A stretch of 64,000 bases of DNA from Phoronis australis (GCA_002633005.1 NMRA01000475.1:62001-126000); one strand, 5' to 3'; positions 12,935 through 26,563 are shown, numbered from the stretch's first letter. Notes: generated by a model from the letters alone, not told the origin. Translations and numbers: made by a program.

Positions 12935-13782
12935 CGCTTGTTTTAGGATATCACTGTAGGTAAAAGATCTTGTGGTGTAGGAGGCCTGATTGCTGACATT
13001 TGACGAGCTCTGCAGATCGGGAAACTCCTCCTCATCTTCAAAGTGTAACTGTCCATCACCGCTGCCATTGAGCATGTGTTCGGAAGATGCACGTGACAGA
13101 CTATTCTTCGACAACCTTCCGTCCTGTTGTTGCAATTCATCGCTGAGAGCATCAACGTCCGTCCCACCGCCAGTTTTCCGCCGTCGCCGTCGGTTACGCT
13201 TTCGTTTCCGCTTGAGTTTCTGACCATTGGCATCAATCTCGCCGTCCTGAGCATTGTTTTCGGGCACGGGTTCTGACAGAGTCTCTGCTGGTAAGCTACC
13301 AACCACGCGGCTACAGGACAACACGTTGGCATTATTGAAACTAAGACCAGAACTGATGGAACTCTCCGCACTTGTTATACTCAAACTGGACGTCAGTGGA
13401 ATGTAATTCTGCAAAGACACAGCAGCCTGGGCCGAGCCTAGACTGTGACCATACTCCGGCACTGACATGAACATGGAATTACTGAAACTACCGCTTAGCT
13501 CACCCAGGCTATGGCTGCTATAGCTAAATGAACCGCTTAAGCGGCGAATGTCCGAACAGACGAGACCTGATGGACCGACTGGATGCGTTCCGCTGGACGT
13601 CTGATTTCGCCTATGGAGGGGGCTACTATAGCCACTGTCCGAATCCACCTCTTCAGAATCAGTGCTTGTGCCTGTCGGGACTGGATGATTTCTTCTCCTT
13701 GGTCTCTTGGAGGTTTTACTGTATTTGTATAAGGAATTAGGCTTCTCCGCTAATGTCAGATTTGCTATGTCATCAGAAAAGT
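12935..13782 (-). CDS. SECISBP2L: SBP2/SBP2L exon 6 (848 nt: DFSDDIANLTL...EVDSDSGYSSPLH...KRKRKRNRRRRRK...LHFEDEEEFPDL...ILKQA)
   Basis: ttttcAG acceptor (phase 1) and GCG|GTAAGT donor. Motifs match vertebrate SBP2L QTDFPSDIANKSL, DSDSGYCSPKH and LYFEDEDGF. Confidence 0.93.
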
Positions 13783-15259
13783 CTGAAAATACAGCAGGAT
13801 GTTAGATAATCTGATGTGCTTTTTGGTCAAAGCAGTAATTAAAAACAACAAAAGTATTGGAAAAAGTTCACGTCTACAATACTCACATCAGACCTTGAGT
13901 ACTTCTAGTTCAAAGGCATCATCAGCGAAGAGAAGGCGATGTAAAAGGGAAAACTGATGATGTGTTTAGTGGCTGGACTGCCAATGGGAACTTCATCGTG
14001 AAAACATTTGTTTCGCTCAAATTAAAAATCAGAGCCTACTTGAGCCGCACTTAAATAGCTGACACAAAGTGTTTGATGTGAATGGAACTTAAGTGTCTTT
14101 GAAGGAAAGTGCACTGTAACAAACAGCAAGTGGTGAACTCAGCTTTGATCAAAATCACTAAAACAGGTTTTTATGCCATCCTTATAGAAAACTATTAAGA
14201 TATAAAACCTACAACAAAGCACACTTGTGGAAGCAACGAGAGAGATCTCGTGGAAAAGCTAAGTGAGGCGGTTTAGACCAGACTCTTCTCTTGGACAAAA
14301 ATCAATTAGGATCAAAAGTGAACTTCAAGCACACACAGGCCATGTCATCACAGACCTATTTTAATTCATGTGACAGAAAAAAGCAACATATGGAAACTGG
14401 GTAACACCCTGAAATCGCACTAAAATCCCTCGTGGTGAGAGTGCCTGACTGTGGTTGAAGTTCAGGTTCCATGGCAAGGTTACTATATGTGTGGTAAGAG
14501 ATCTAACAGTGTGGGGTAATGGTGTGAACCATGGATAGAGTTGGTCTGACCCCATGTAGCTACTCCACTTAAAAGTAATTGGTTCTGATTTCACAAGGTT
14601 GTTGAGAGAGGCCTGTTATTGATCAAGTGACTATAAACTTGCAGTCAGGAGTTGGTCTGCTGCATTGATGTTTTGCAGACATTACATGTCAATCTAATTT
14701 GTATATGATGCTGCATGTAAGTTTGATAAAATTTTTGAGATCAACTGGTGGCTAGCTTAGTGGACTTGGGTGTTTACACCAGGCCAGAGTTGGGCTAAGG
14801 TTGCAACACCACTGGCACATTCCGCTTCATGTCCAAATGCAAATTTCCCTTTTAAACACCACTGTTCTGAGAGAAACGGCCACCTCTACTTCAGAGGGAA
14901 GGCGGAGCTTAATTGTGAACACTCATCTGCAGAGAATAATTCATTTCATTTGAAATAAGAAGTCAAACATTAATGCCACTCCCTGGCAATTAATTGTACA
15001 TATTGCTCATTCAAGTGAATGGCCACACCAACCTGTTTCTAAATGACCCCACTTGGCTTGCTGCCTTAATGTTACACAACTTAGGTTACATCTGGTGAAA
15101 AAATATCTGCAGAATGACCACTTCACTTGTGGTCTAACTTCTTGGTGAGTTTGAGGTTTGGCTGATGGTCACCGTCAACGTATGTCCTGCGTAACTAATC
15201 TAGTTTTATTCAGCAAAAACTATTGTTTAAAATACAGGTAGAACAGGATGCACTGCGTA

Positions 15260-15423
15260 GTCATACAAAACACATTCTGGCTGATATTTAGTTAAAACAT
15301 GTCATACAAAACACATTCTGGCTGACATTTAGTTAAAACATGTCATACAAAACACATTCTGGCTGATATTTAGTTAAAACATGTCATACAAAACACATTC
15401 TGGCTGATATTTAGTTAAAACAT
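15260..15423. repeat. 41 bp tandem repeat x4
   Basis: GTCATACAAAACACATTCTGGCTGATATTTAGTTAAAACAT x4, one substitution. Confidence 0.95.
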
Positions 15424-16751
15424 GACAGCAGTAACTAGTAGACAGTGGCTTGCGCTTGAATAAAACACAGAAAAATTATTGATTTAAGCCAAACCAATGA
15501 CGTGGTCAAGAGTTAAAGCAAACAATAATTGCTAATTAGTACTTTGGCAACATCACACCGATTCTCGTCTTGTGTTCACAGCAACCGTTTAAATAACAGA
15601 TTTTAAGGTACCTTTATAAAGCCAAACCATTGCCTCTGATTCATGTCTTCAATTGTCAATTGCACAACTAAATCGTTTATTTTATGTCTTAAATATGTTT
15701 TACATCTTCAAACTAAATCACGCATTCAAACAATCCAACTAACAGCATTTCAATTTATAAAAATATTGTAACCCATTGGATGAAACCTAATTCAAAACAG
15801 AAATATTTTACCAACTTCCTTTTTTGTATCCAACAAATTGATCTGAAAATTCTAGACTCAATTCCTGACACACCTCGATTTCAATGAAAACACTTCAATT
15901 TACATCAGTAAACATGCTAATGTCCAGCCTAATGATTACATTATAACACACCAAGTGTATCATTTACCCATGCTTCATTACCCTAAAGGTTCATGTGTGC
16001 CTTTATCAATATATCATTTATTTAAGATGACCAATTATTCTCAACAGCAGTTTCCTTTGACCATGATGAGTTATGCACTGCAGTCAGACCAGATGTTCTC
16101 GTTACTGAGATGTCATAATGGCGCAAAGCAAATAGACACAAGGGGCGATGACTACAATCAAATAGTGGTAAACCTCGTTGTATTATGAGTATTTCTACTA
16201 GGTACAAAGCCAAAAAAAGCTTAGCATGTTCTTGCATGGTTTGAACGTGTCAAAGTGCAAACAGAAAAAATGAACAGAAAAGCACCAATGCACATCACTT
16301 GAGTTTTACAATGCTCCACAAAAACGAAAATGTCTGCACGAAAATACAAGTCCTAAATTTGGCCTTCAAATGTGAACAAGGTCAAATAAAATCTGTATTT
16401 TTGGACAGGTAACAAATTTTGTATCAATAATCACAACTTGCTAATTTCTGAGACAGCTTGTTATGAGCTTGGAATTAATGCCTGGTGAAATATAACTTCA
16501 CGCATGACATATCAATGATGACAGTCTCGTGGCACCTCACCTATTTTTACAATGAACAGAGATTACGAATCACAAAAGTTTCATAGCATGTGCGTATTAC
16601 AAAAACATGCAGAATTTTGCTTTGGCGACAAGTTTTTGTGCAATGAAAGTAGGATGTTGTGAAAATGTTCAATCATTCTGGCTTTCAAGATAAGATTTAT
16701 ACGATTGTTTAAAAAGTGTGTTGCCTGCACATAGTTTCTTCCAAGTTTTAA

Positions 16752-18250
16752 AGAAGTGGCAGGGGGGTTGGAAAGACTAAAAATTTTTTAAATTCGCTAT
16801 TTGATCGTTTGACTACGGCATGCAATGTTAGTGGTGTGGTCACAGAGAAGGAAAAATCTAATCTTCACTGCACACACGTGAATGGTTTTAGGCTATTGAA
16901 AGAAGTTCCAGTTCCTTAAAATTCCGTTAGAAAAGAGGAAGGTCCAATTTTACGTCAAAAACGTTTCTCAAGCTCTACTTCTACATATACATATAACGTC
17001 GTATGGAAAATAACGAATATTGAACCGAATGAGTGTGGTTTCAATCGCAATTCAAAGTCCACCGAAACACTAGTCGCAGGGGACATCCTTTCGTTATCGT
17101 CTTCTGCAGTGCATTTAACAATGGCCGAGTTGCTGAAGTTGGCATTTATTAGGCCTCACTTCTGCTACATCCTATCATAATACGCAACATATTTATTCTT
17201 CAAAACAACCATTCTTTTCTCGCAGTTTTAAGATCCACATTATTCAGAAATGAAGCCAAAGTAACAGGTGCTCTATTCGTGACATTTTGTGGATGACTTA
17301 CTTTTCCATATCTAGGGCACGTAATCAGTGCCATGTGCTAAAGGAGCAAACTCAAAGCACCCAATAATGGAATTCCGCACCAAGTTGATGTATTTCGAGG
17401 CCTTTTATTTCATGTAATACTACCAACTGAATACGCATTCAACATTACACACAAGATTTTTTTCTAATGAAATTTGTGCTGCCCCATTCTCATGCATTAA
17501 CACGCCATTCAAGCTGAGCAGACAATTTTGTGACAGGAAGTTTTTCAATCGAGGGGAGTTTGCCCATAGCCATACGCATGGCAGGTCAGTCTAGAATTTT
17601 GTCTGGTATTTTTTCAACGTGTATTTCCTCATATTACAAATTGCGTACTTAGGTACTCGAATACGAGTGTCAGTTAGAGAGCGCTGATTAAGCTCTCGTG
17701 TCTTCAACTAGCCTTACATTAAAGGGAAATCCTTTGAATATCGAGTGTAGGTCAAAGGTCATGGGTGACCATGGCGACACCTCAATTTTCAGACTCGTCA
17801 GAGCTTTATAGACGTTCAAATGACAAAGATTAAAAGGACGCATGGCTTTTTAAAACAGGTCGTGTAGAACGCTGTACACTAATCGCTGGGTGTACAAATA
17901 ACCACAAAATGCCCAATGTCTGCTTGGCGCCGGTACAAGTCAGGTAAATACACTACTCATATTTTGCCTTTTCCACTTGTATAGTTAAGAGTTTACTCAC
18001 TTATGTCAATCCATTTTATGAAACTTTTTGTAATAAAAAGTTGCATAGTCTTACTACTTGATTTCAAGTGTTTTGAATGCCTCAAAAGCCGTGTTACATC
18101 ATTTTGACTTTGTATGGAACAGTAGCCTAGGGAATAAAGAGCTTTTTTCACCAAAATGCAAAACAAGGGAGTGAAAACAACAAAATTCTAAAAAGTAAAA
18201 AGAGCTTTTAACCAACTTCAACTCCCATATGTTTGTTAACCTACATCTCC
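16752..18250. mobile_element. Possible Kolobok-like non-autonomous DNA element
   Basis: TTAA on both sides with purine-purine starts (AG.../...CC) and a CpG-richer interior. TIR match is weak. Confidence 0.3.
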
Positions 18251-18415
18251 TTAACTCGGAAAACGATCAACACATAGCTCACTGCAGAAATTCAATAAAA
18301 ACAGCAGAGTAACCATACACTGTTCATTCGGAGCACACGGTTGACCTCACTAGACCGGTCATTACATTTGTTTGATTGGATAACCTTGAACTCCAGCCCA
18401 AGCCCAAAGACTCAC

Positions 18416-18563
18416 CTGTCTGGATGGCGGCGTCCATCAAAATGATTGTCTTCGTTTTCATCTTCCTACCTCCTGCCTTGAATGACGACGCAGTGCCACA
18501 GTCATTCTGAACACCTACGCTCACTTTTGGCTTCCCAGCATCCACCACTGAGCTGCTGGACGT
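18416..18563 (-). CDS. SECISBP2L: SBP2/SBP2L exon 5 (TSSSSVVDAGKPK...KTIILMDAAIQT)
   Basis: tttgtAG acceptor (phase 0) and G|GTGAG donor (phase 1). IILMDAAIQTD matches SBP2L IVLLVDASQQTD. Confidence 0.92.
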
Positions 18564-19479
18564 CTACAAATAAAAAGACAACGTGAGGAAGAATGCCACA
18601 CTAACTGTTAAAGTTGCACTTCATCATGTGCTTATATTGCCGGAAACCACCTTTAGAAGCAAGTTATGTATAACAGTTGAATCACCTTCATTTAATAGTT
18701 CCTTCTTTGAGACGAGAACAGGAAGACTGTTATTGGTATTCGTAACTTTAGAGATATTCAAAAAGCTGCCGAATATCCAGCTCAACAAAATCAGTCAGTC
18801 ACTTGATACTCATTACCAGTTAGCTGCATTAGATAAGGCAGAAGATAAGAGCTTAAAACTTATGACAGACAATTAAAATTAAAAACATATTACAAAATAG
18901 CATAATATGCCAATTTACAAACTACCTAAATCCCATGTTCATACAAATTGAGCATTTCAGTCAAATGATAGCAAGATTAGCGAACTTGGAACAGGCTTTA
19001 TGTGGAATGATTGGTTAGTTTTAAAGTCCGAGTTTGAATTGAACCTAAGGGCCCATTAAACATTAAACCAAAGATTCTTACACCTGTATATGACCGTACC
19101 CTTATTTCTACATGATCACTGGATGCATACCAGCCCAACAGAGGTAGGTAATACCATCCGTCAACTCCCGCTTAAACAATCAAAAGATACTAGATAGAAG
19201 TCAGCTCTCAGCATGAGTTGAACAACACTTTAAATAGCCTAAAATGTGGCCATTTTTAAAGTGTGTGTAGCATGCGTAGTTAAGAAGCTGTTTTCTCTTG
19301 AGCAAGAACACAGGATGAATGGCTCATCTCTTGAGCAAGAACACAGGATGAAGGGCTCATCCTTGTAAGACCTGCTGCCAACTGGTGTGTGGATTTTGTG
19401 TCCTCAGACAAGTAAGCACCTGGTAATCTACTCACAGAATGAGGCTGGATATGTGCACGTTCAGATGTTCAATGGACCC

Positions 19480-19486
19480 TGTGTGT

Positions 19487-19585
<99 letters not shown>

Positions 19586-19651
19586 TGTGTGTGTCTGTGT
19601 CTGTGTGTGTCTGTGTGTGTCTGTGTGTGTGTGTGTCTGTGTCTGTGTGTG
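19480..19651. repeat. (GT)n microsatellite with (GTGTCT) tail
   Basis: Read directly. Confidence 0.98.
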
Positions 19652-19859
19652 CAACTCCCAACAAAAGAACTGTTCACATACAGAGCAGCATTTACAAATG
19701 TGCCTGAATATGGCAACATATCTTGAACAAAATGCAGACTTTACCACTTTATTTTTATTTGTATCGGGACTGCACGATTTGTTTTTTAAACCTGCATGCG
19801 TCCAAGCCCTGAATAAGCTTTATTAGGCAACAACTTGACTCAACTTCCTCAAGTCCTCC

Positions 19860-20500
19860 AACTTGGTCATGAAAAATAACATTTCTAAAGCGAAAGTCAG
19901 CTCCGTTGCACAGTGTAGAGTTGTTTATGAGTTTGTATGCCCTATGAACGAATGTCTTCGTTCAAACGTCAAGCAATGTTACATTGGGCAAACGGTTTGG
20001 AGTCTTTCCCGTCGGTTATCTATGCATCTTCAAAATGGCGCCATCCAAGATCATTTTCTGCAATGTCACGAACGTAAAATCACTCGTCAAGAAATTGTGG
20101 AAAACATGTCAATTCGGTATATAGAGCACGATGTGCTGTGATTGAAAGTGTTAGAGTCCCTTTTAATTGCTTCTGAGAAGCCTCTTTTGAATGAGCAGCA
20201 AACAGGGTCGCGCCGCACGTTACACTTGTTTGCGTGACTTTCCTGTTACCCCCCTTCCTTAGTCATTCTTTGCAGTATTTCACACTGTGTGTGTCATCAG
20301 CTTATGCTCTGTGATGGCATTACTGCGTCATTTTATCTTCACTTGGGAATGAAACAAGTATGTTTCGAAATATCGTGTGTCTTTTAATTATGTCGCTAGG
20401 TCAGTTACTTTATCTATGGTCAGTTGAGAGTAGTTTTGTTCTGAAGGTACGAACGTTATGGAATAAAGACTGTGAACAATGAAAAGAGTCGTGCATTCAA
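19860..20500 (+). mobile_element. Penelope-like retroelement fragment: C-terminal GIY-YIG endonuclease plus 3' pLTR-like sequence
   Basis: VMKNN...VVYEFVCP..C....YIGQT..SLSRRLSMH..GAIQDH...H...LKVLESLLI..EKPLLNEQ, with the CCHH pattern. A homologous 3' part recurs at 52772-53214. Confidence 0.88.
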
Positions 20501-21300
20501 CCAATTCTGTATAACCGAAAACTTGCTCATGAACTACAGCGGTATTATCATTATCTACTTTCATTATTTTATGATAAGGCCGAAAAAGCATCCCCGTACT
20601 TGGTTTTTGGTCTTAACCACACTCAATTTGAGACGTGCACTCACCAACTAAAATAAAAAATAAAAATGCACACACCTGCATCAGTGTCAGTCAAGTATCA
20701 CATATTTTTTTTGAAAAGATGCACAAAGGCACGTAAGCAAGGGTAAGCAAGGGTAAGCAAGGTTTGAAATGCCATGATTTGCCAAGCGATGCATAATCAA
20801 TCACCAAACTGTAAAAGATACAGCTGGCAGTGTTCCAAAAGTCCACAGATCTTGGTTTAGTCACTGAAGTGGAGATGAACCCTTTAAAAATGATCACTAT
20901 TATAGCGGTGCAAAATACAGCAATACTTGCCAAGTGCACTCAACCAGCACGTGTTGCTTTCAAATGTGGAAACGACCTAAATTAATTTTAAGTCGTGTAT
21001 GCCACTCCATCCAAATTAGTGACATATCTACAAGCGGTTTCTGCAGTCACAGTATAGAAAACGACGCATACCAAGACCCATCAGAACACCTCGGGTATGC
21101 TCGTAACCTCAAGTTATCCCTCACAGATGTAACGTGTGACAAACTTCAATAATCATAATGTAAGAGATGACTGAAATCATACATTTTGGGCTTGGAATGG
21201 TTAACTAGTTCAAATAGTGACGGGCAGGGAGAGGAAGGACCGTTTTTAAATATGTAAACAAATCATCAGTGCCATTCACATACAATAGCATAGCAGGCCC

Positions 21301-21414
21301 AGCATGGTCAGTGAAATTAGTTCCCTGTGAACCCTGTTAGCATGATCAGTGAAATTAGTTCCCTGTGAACCCTGTTAGCATGGTCAGTGAAATTAGTTCC
21401 CTGTGAACCCTGTT
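21301..21414. repeat. 38 bp tandem repeat x3
   Basis: AGCATGGTCAGTGAAATTAGTTCCCTGTGAACCCTGTT x3. Confidence 0.93.
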
Positions 21415-24400
21415 TTTAGGGGTACAACTGAGTTGTGTCTGAAAGCACAGCTTGACAAAGGGTTTATGGTCCCAGCTGAGAATATAATTGTTTTATTAAC
21501 CCCTACGGATTATGAATAGCCCAGCCCAGAACAATAGGCGATGGATTATCAGCCTCCCTTCTAAAATATTGTGAACTCTCATTTCAACCTGTTATTACAG
21601 GGTATCTCTACGTATTCGATGGCATTCTTCTTTTCCAGAGTCACATGGTGCAATGTAACAATTGACGTTCACACAAGCGCATATATGAAACACCTCCAAA
21701 GGATAGTTTGAGACTACGAAAATACCAGTAATAGATGTACAAAAAAGTTGGATTTTCTGTTTGCAAAAACAAGCAAATCAAAAATTTCACAGCATCGACT
21801 CAATTATCAAGAAAAAAAACATAGTAGTCAGAGCCAACAATGCTTTTTTGACCAAACACGTAGGTTCATTATTTTGTGTAGGAATAAGGTAGGTTCATTA
21901 TTTTATCTAAAAACGACTGTGCTATGTTCAACTATTAACTTCTACTGTTAAAATGATAAAAAGTAGTTCTCATGTAATGACAATGCAATAAGGCATTCCA
22001 GTAATTTTACACTCGAATGACAAACGATACCAAATGTAACCTCACGTAAACACAAACATTTATTTTATGGTTATAAATTGATGAAAACTCCACCCAACAT
22101 TTTCCTACTTGAGGTGGCACACTCGTTCTATTCAGATGGATGCACACTGCTGCACATTCGTGAGTACTATAACTGCAGAAATCACTAGACTATGAAGGAC
22201 AGCAAGCTTTGATGCAGTTGTGTCAATGCCTTTACAAGAAACATTACCATGGTGTTTGTATACATTATTTCTGTGTCAATATGACCGAGGGTAGGCGCAC
22301 GTAGCGTGAGCTGTGGTGCGTGGCGGAATTGAAAAAACTAATCAATAATCAGGGGACGGCCCTGGACTGATGAGTACCACCTTTTACACATACTTTAATT
22401 TGCAAAAACGAGTTTCATTTCACTGGAAGTCAATTTCACAGTAAACAAAAAATTGAAAATTGACTTACAACTGTAAAACCTCTGCAAAAGACCAGTGAAC
22501 TTTCGCTTTCTGAATTTTCAAATTAATGTTTCAAGTACATCCTAATACAATTTCCATCATATAGTTTTTGGAGAAACGTGGGCATTCACAACATTATTAG
22601 AAGTCATTCAAAACTTTAAGAAAAGGAATTATCAATTTCCCATAAGGAACTGGCCATAATTAGCGTAATGAAACAATCGCCATTAATACATATGACCACA
22701 GTGTAACATTTTTAATAACAATAGCTTCAGGAAGTTGTGAACTATGAATGCAATTTTGTCATTTATTTATTTGATCTTCGAAAAAAAACATTTTCTCGGT
22801 AAAAGTATTTCAGTAATTTCAGATTTACAGTGCACACAGATTAAATAAACCCTTTCTTTAAAACTCTGCACATAACACACATTTTGTTTGCAGCATTTCA
22901 TTGGACATATCATAGAAAAAGGAAAGATTTTGTCAAGCAAAAAAGGGTGATATCATTCAAACGGTGTGACGTCATTTTGACATTTTTGATTCAGTCAAAT
23001 AATTAAAATGCCAGATTTATGCTGCGCTATGTACTAAGCACTTAAAAAAAATATTTCTGGGCAATGGACCTGCTAAATCTTAATCCTTCTCAACACCCCG
23101 GGAACACACAACGGATGCAACAGTTGCTAGAGTACAGCAATTGATCTTATACATACTTTGTGTAAAAGAGTCACGTGCTCTATTCCTATTTGTGGGTCCA
23201 CATCTCATCATGTAACAGTGACAGACATCTCATCACCTCACATCTACATTATGACTCAGTAGGCAAGATATGCGTGACCAAAAACAACCCGTCTCATCAA
23301 CTTATAAGACAATAAATACTGTGGAACAGTAAAATTTTATTTTCATCAAAAGAAGTAAACAGGAAAAATATACCTCATTAGTAGCAGGCAACGTCCTCTT
23401 CGAAAACCATTGTCCTGGTTAGTATTTTGGAGTAAAGCCCCCCTATTTTGGTTTTTAACATTGTGTGTTACCGTAGTTTTTCTCCTTCCACATGATAACC
23501 CCACGGAACAACAAGATTTCATTGAATACTTAAATGGAAAGATTCCGCACTGCTAACTTGGATTATTACAGTTTCAAGTATGCAATTTTGGCTTGACATA
23601 ATCAGTGTTGTGAGTGACTTAATTGCTTATTTTTCATAAGATTATGGCAAAATGAGATTGCACATTTTCACCACATTGTCTGATAAAGAAGTAAATTATT
23701 ATTGCAGTCCAAACTGAAAATTTGTCATTGTCAAAGAGGAAACAAATAAAAATTCACACCAGGTTATAAACCTAGAAAAAGGTTACAACTTGTTTTTCAG
23801 GGAAATTATACTTCAGAAATGGCCAATCCGACTGCAAAGTGTTTAATAAAATATTGTACTGTTCAACAAAATGGAATTTCAATGACTTATATGAACAAAA
23901 GTTGGAAATAAAATAGAAACACAAATTTAGATAACTATAGCAGTGCTTTGAACATACCTCTCTTCTTTATTAACTTACTAAAATGACATGGTCACAGCAC
24001 CTAACCCATGTCACACTGTTATTTAGGTTCAGTTAAATCCTACACGCTTTCTACTATCAGGAAATATTTCTTTTACCAAGCTATATTTTATGGCTTTGTA
24101 GATCAGTGGCTGAATGCAGACTTGGTCATAATATTCATGACCTTGAGGAAGGTGACGGAACAAGGCAAGTGAGACAAATGATGTGAATTTCAACAAAAAA
24201 ACGATTTGTTATGCAATTCTAGAACACTATAAGTTCCAGTTTCATCCACCAATAGGCCAGAGTTTACCAATACCAGGCACTATTCAAATTGGAACAAGGT
24301 GTACTTAACTGCAGCTTTGTATTAAAATGGGATACACAAACAGCAGGACCACTGTAACCATAACAAATAACAGACCATTATACATTCTTGATAGCTAATG

Positions 24401-26249
24401 GGAGTAGTGAGAAAGAAAGCTGCTTGTGTGTCTAGAGAAAGTAAGACTTAGCTGGCAGAGCAAAACACCTGTAATGACTGTTCAGATTGCTGACATTTTT
24501 TGCAGGCATTAGTACAGAGGCACTTCCTCCATGTATTTAACATTACGTAGAACCCTTGAAAACATCCAAATTACGTAAAAAACTTTGTAACATCATACCT
24601 CAGAAATTTCAGATACTTTGCTTTGTGCACTGTTCTCCAAAATGTTGGTAAGAATTGCTTTTAATGAAATCCACAATTCAATGCATGAGGAACTACCAAA
24701 ATGTATGACGTTTACAAGTTTTGGGAAAAAATCACAAGTTGCATAAAATAAAAACAAGATAACTTAAAGGAAATTGTAACAATGTTCTTCAGATTTCAAC
24801 TTGAACATTCATATCATTGTTTTGCTATAAATGTACACGTCCTCTTTTGCTAAATTTTACTAAAAAGACGGTCACATGAACCAATTAATGTCACATTTGT
24901 ACAAAGTGATACATCAAATTTTACAGGCTTTTCCTTTTCTGCTTCTACAGAATAAAAATATATGGCTCTGCAGATATTTGGGTAAATATCATGATAGACT
25001 TTTTGATAAGGTTCTTTGTAAGCTAACTTAACGTCAAAGTAATCAATATACAAGGATGAGTGCTGAGAGCCAAAAACCGTTTACAAAAAATTTGTCAAAG
25101 TGCACAAAAAGAAACGATTCATTTCACTTAAGGTTGTCGCCCACTTGGGGTAAATTTTAAAGAGGAAATGGTTTAAAGATGCAACAAACAAACGGCAGCA
25201 GCCATTTAAGTTCAGTTTAATTTCTAGTTAGTTTTACAGACAAAAACAAAGACAAGAAAATAAATTGTCATTGCCACACCAGAACGCCTGTCTATAGTGA
25301 GCAACTTGGTGAAACACTGCTCAAAAACATTCTTGTTGCGTCAAATTTTTGAAACGTTACCTTGTCTGGAAGTATTCTCCAACATTGTGAAAACATTACG
25401 AAACAAATTTTTAAATTGCTTCCAATAATTGAGATACATTGAAAACATTTCAAGTATGTTATTGGAATGTTTTAGAAGAACCAATCAGAAGTTGTAACCC
25501 TTTGTGATGGTGGTTTAGCAAGAGGTTGTAACCATTGTAACTCAGGGTGAACACTGACAGTAGGTGGCACTGATGTCAAATCTCCTCGGAGGCACTAACT
25601 AGGATGAACTGGCATGCAAAAGTAAACATGACTGGCAACTAAACCATGAACTAGGGACACAACAGTTTTAACCGACAGTGTGAATGATAATGATTATGCA
25701 ACAGTTAAAACTATTGAAAGAGGAACACCCTGGCGTAATTGGTCTGAACACAGATTTTTAACATGATGACAATGATAATGTTGACTATGATGATAAAGAG
25801 AATGAATGATGATGTCAAGGCAAAATAGAATGATAAACAATGATGATGATGATGATGATAACGATGAGATGCTAAACAACGATGACATAAATGATTTAGA
25901 ACATAGCTTTGTTCAGTAGATAGTAAACCAGGTACAGCGATGACTCAGACAATAAAAGAGAACTCAACAGTATATCTCAAATGATATATGGCAAGCGCCA
26001 GATAGCGTGACCTATCAACAAACCAAATTTCAAAAAAGATCCCTGAAAAGATCCTGAAAAATCGAAAAATGGCTGCCACAGCGCATTATTGTGTCCAAAG
26101 TTAACCTAAAACAACAGGCCACAAGACAATGAAGAGACTCGTGTAATGTGTGCAAATTTCATGTTGATTCAGAAAACAGAGGCCCTGAATCATGCTCAAA
26201 AAGAAAAATTTGACAGAGCAACATACAAATTAACAAAATCAATCCTTAC

Positions 26250-26563
26250 CTCTAACAAAGCAGATGTAGCAGTGTTGCGATCTCCTTGCACAGTTGAAGG
26301 GTAAATCACCATTGGAGGGGCTGTCATGGATTGGGGACCAGGGGGCACAGGCTGGTGCTCTTGGTAGGGAGGTGCAGAGGGCATCCCCCAGGCAGGAGTT
26401 GGAGGGCCATGATAGTAGACCCCTGGGGGGTACTGATAAGGGGAAACTGGGCGAGGGGGACCTGTGGCCCGGAATGGCTGTCTGATATTGAAGCCATGCA
26501 TGTTTGGAATGCCATGGTTGGGTATTGTGTAGGCAGGTCTGTTTCCAGCATAGGCAAAGAGAT
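26250..26563 (-). CDS. SECISBP2L: SBP2/SBP2L exon 4, Pro/Tyr-rich (DLFAYAGNRPAYTIPNHG...YQYPPGVYYHGPP...SALLE)
   Basis: gtttcAG acceptor (phase 1) and GAG|GTAAG donor (phase 0). 314 nt keeps frame between the flanking exons. Confidence 0.85.

Noticed and set aside
19387-19826. Six overlapping ORFs with CVCV/THTH runs
   Set aside because: Translations of the (GT)n microsatellite.
22367-22374. CTGATGAG hammerhead core
   Set aside because: No stem II followed by GAAA at a suitable distance.
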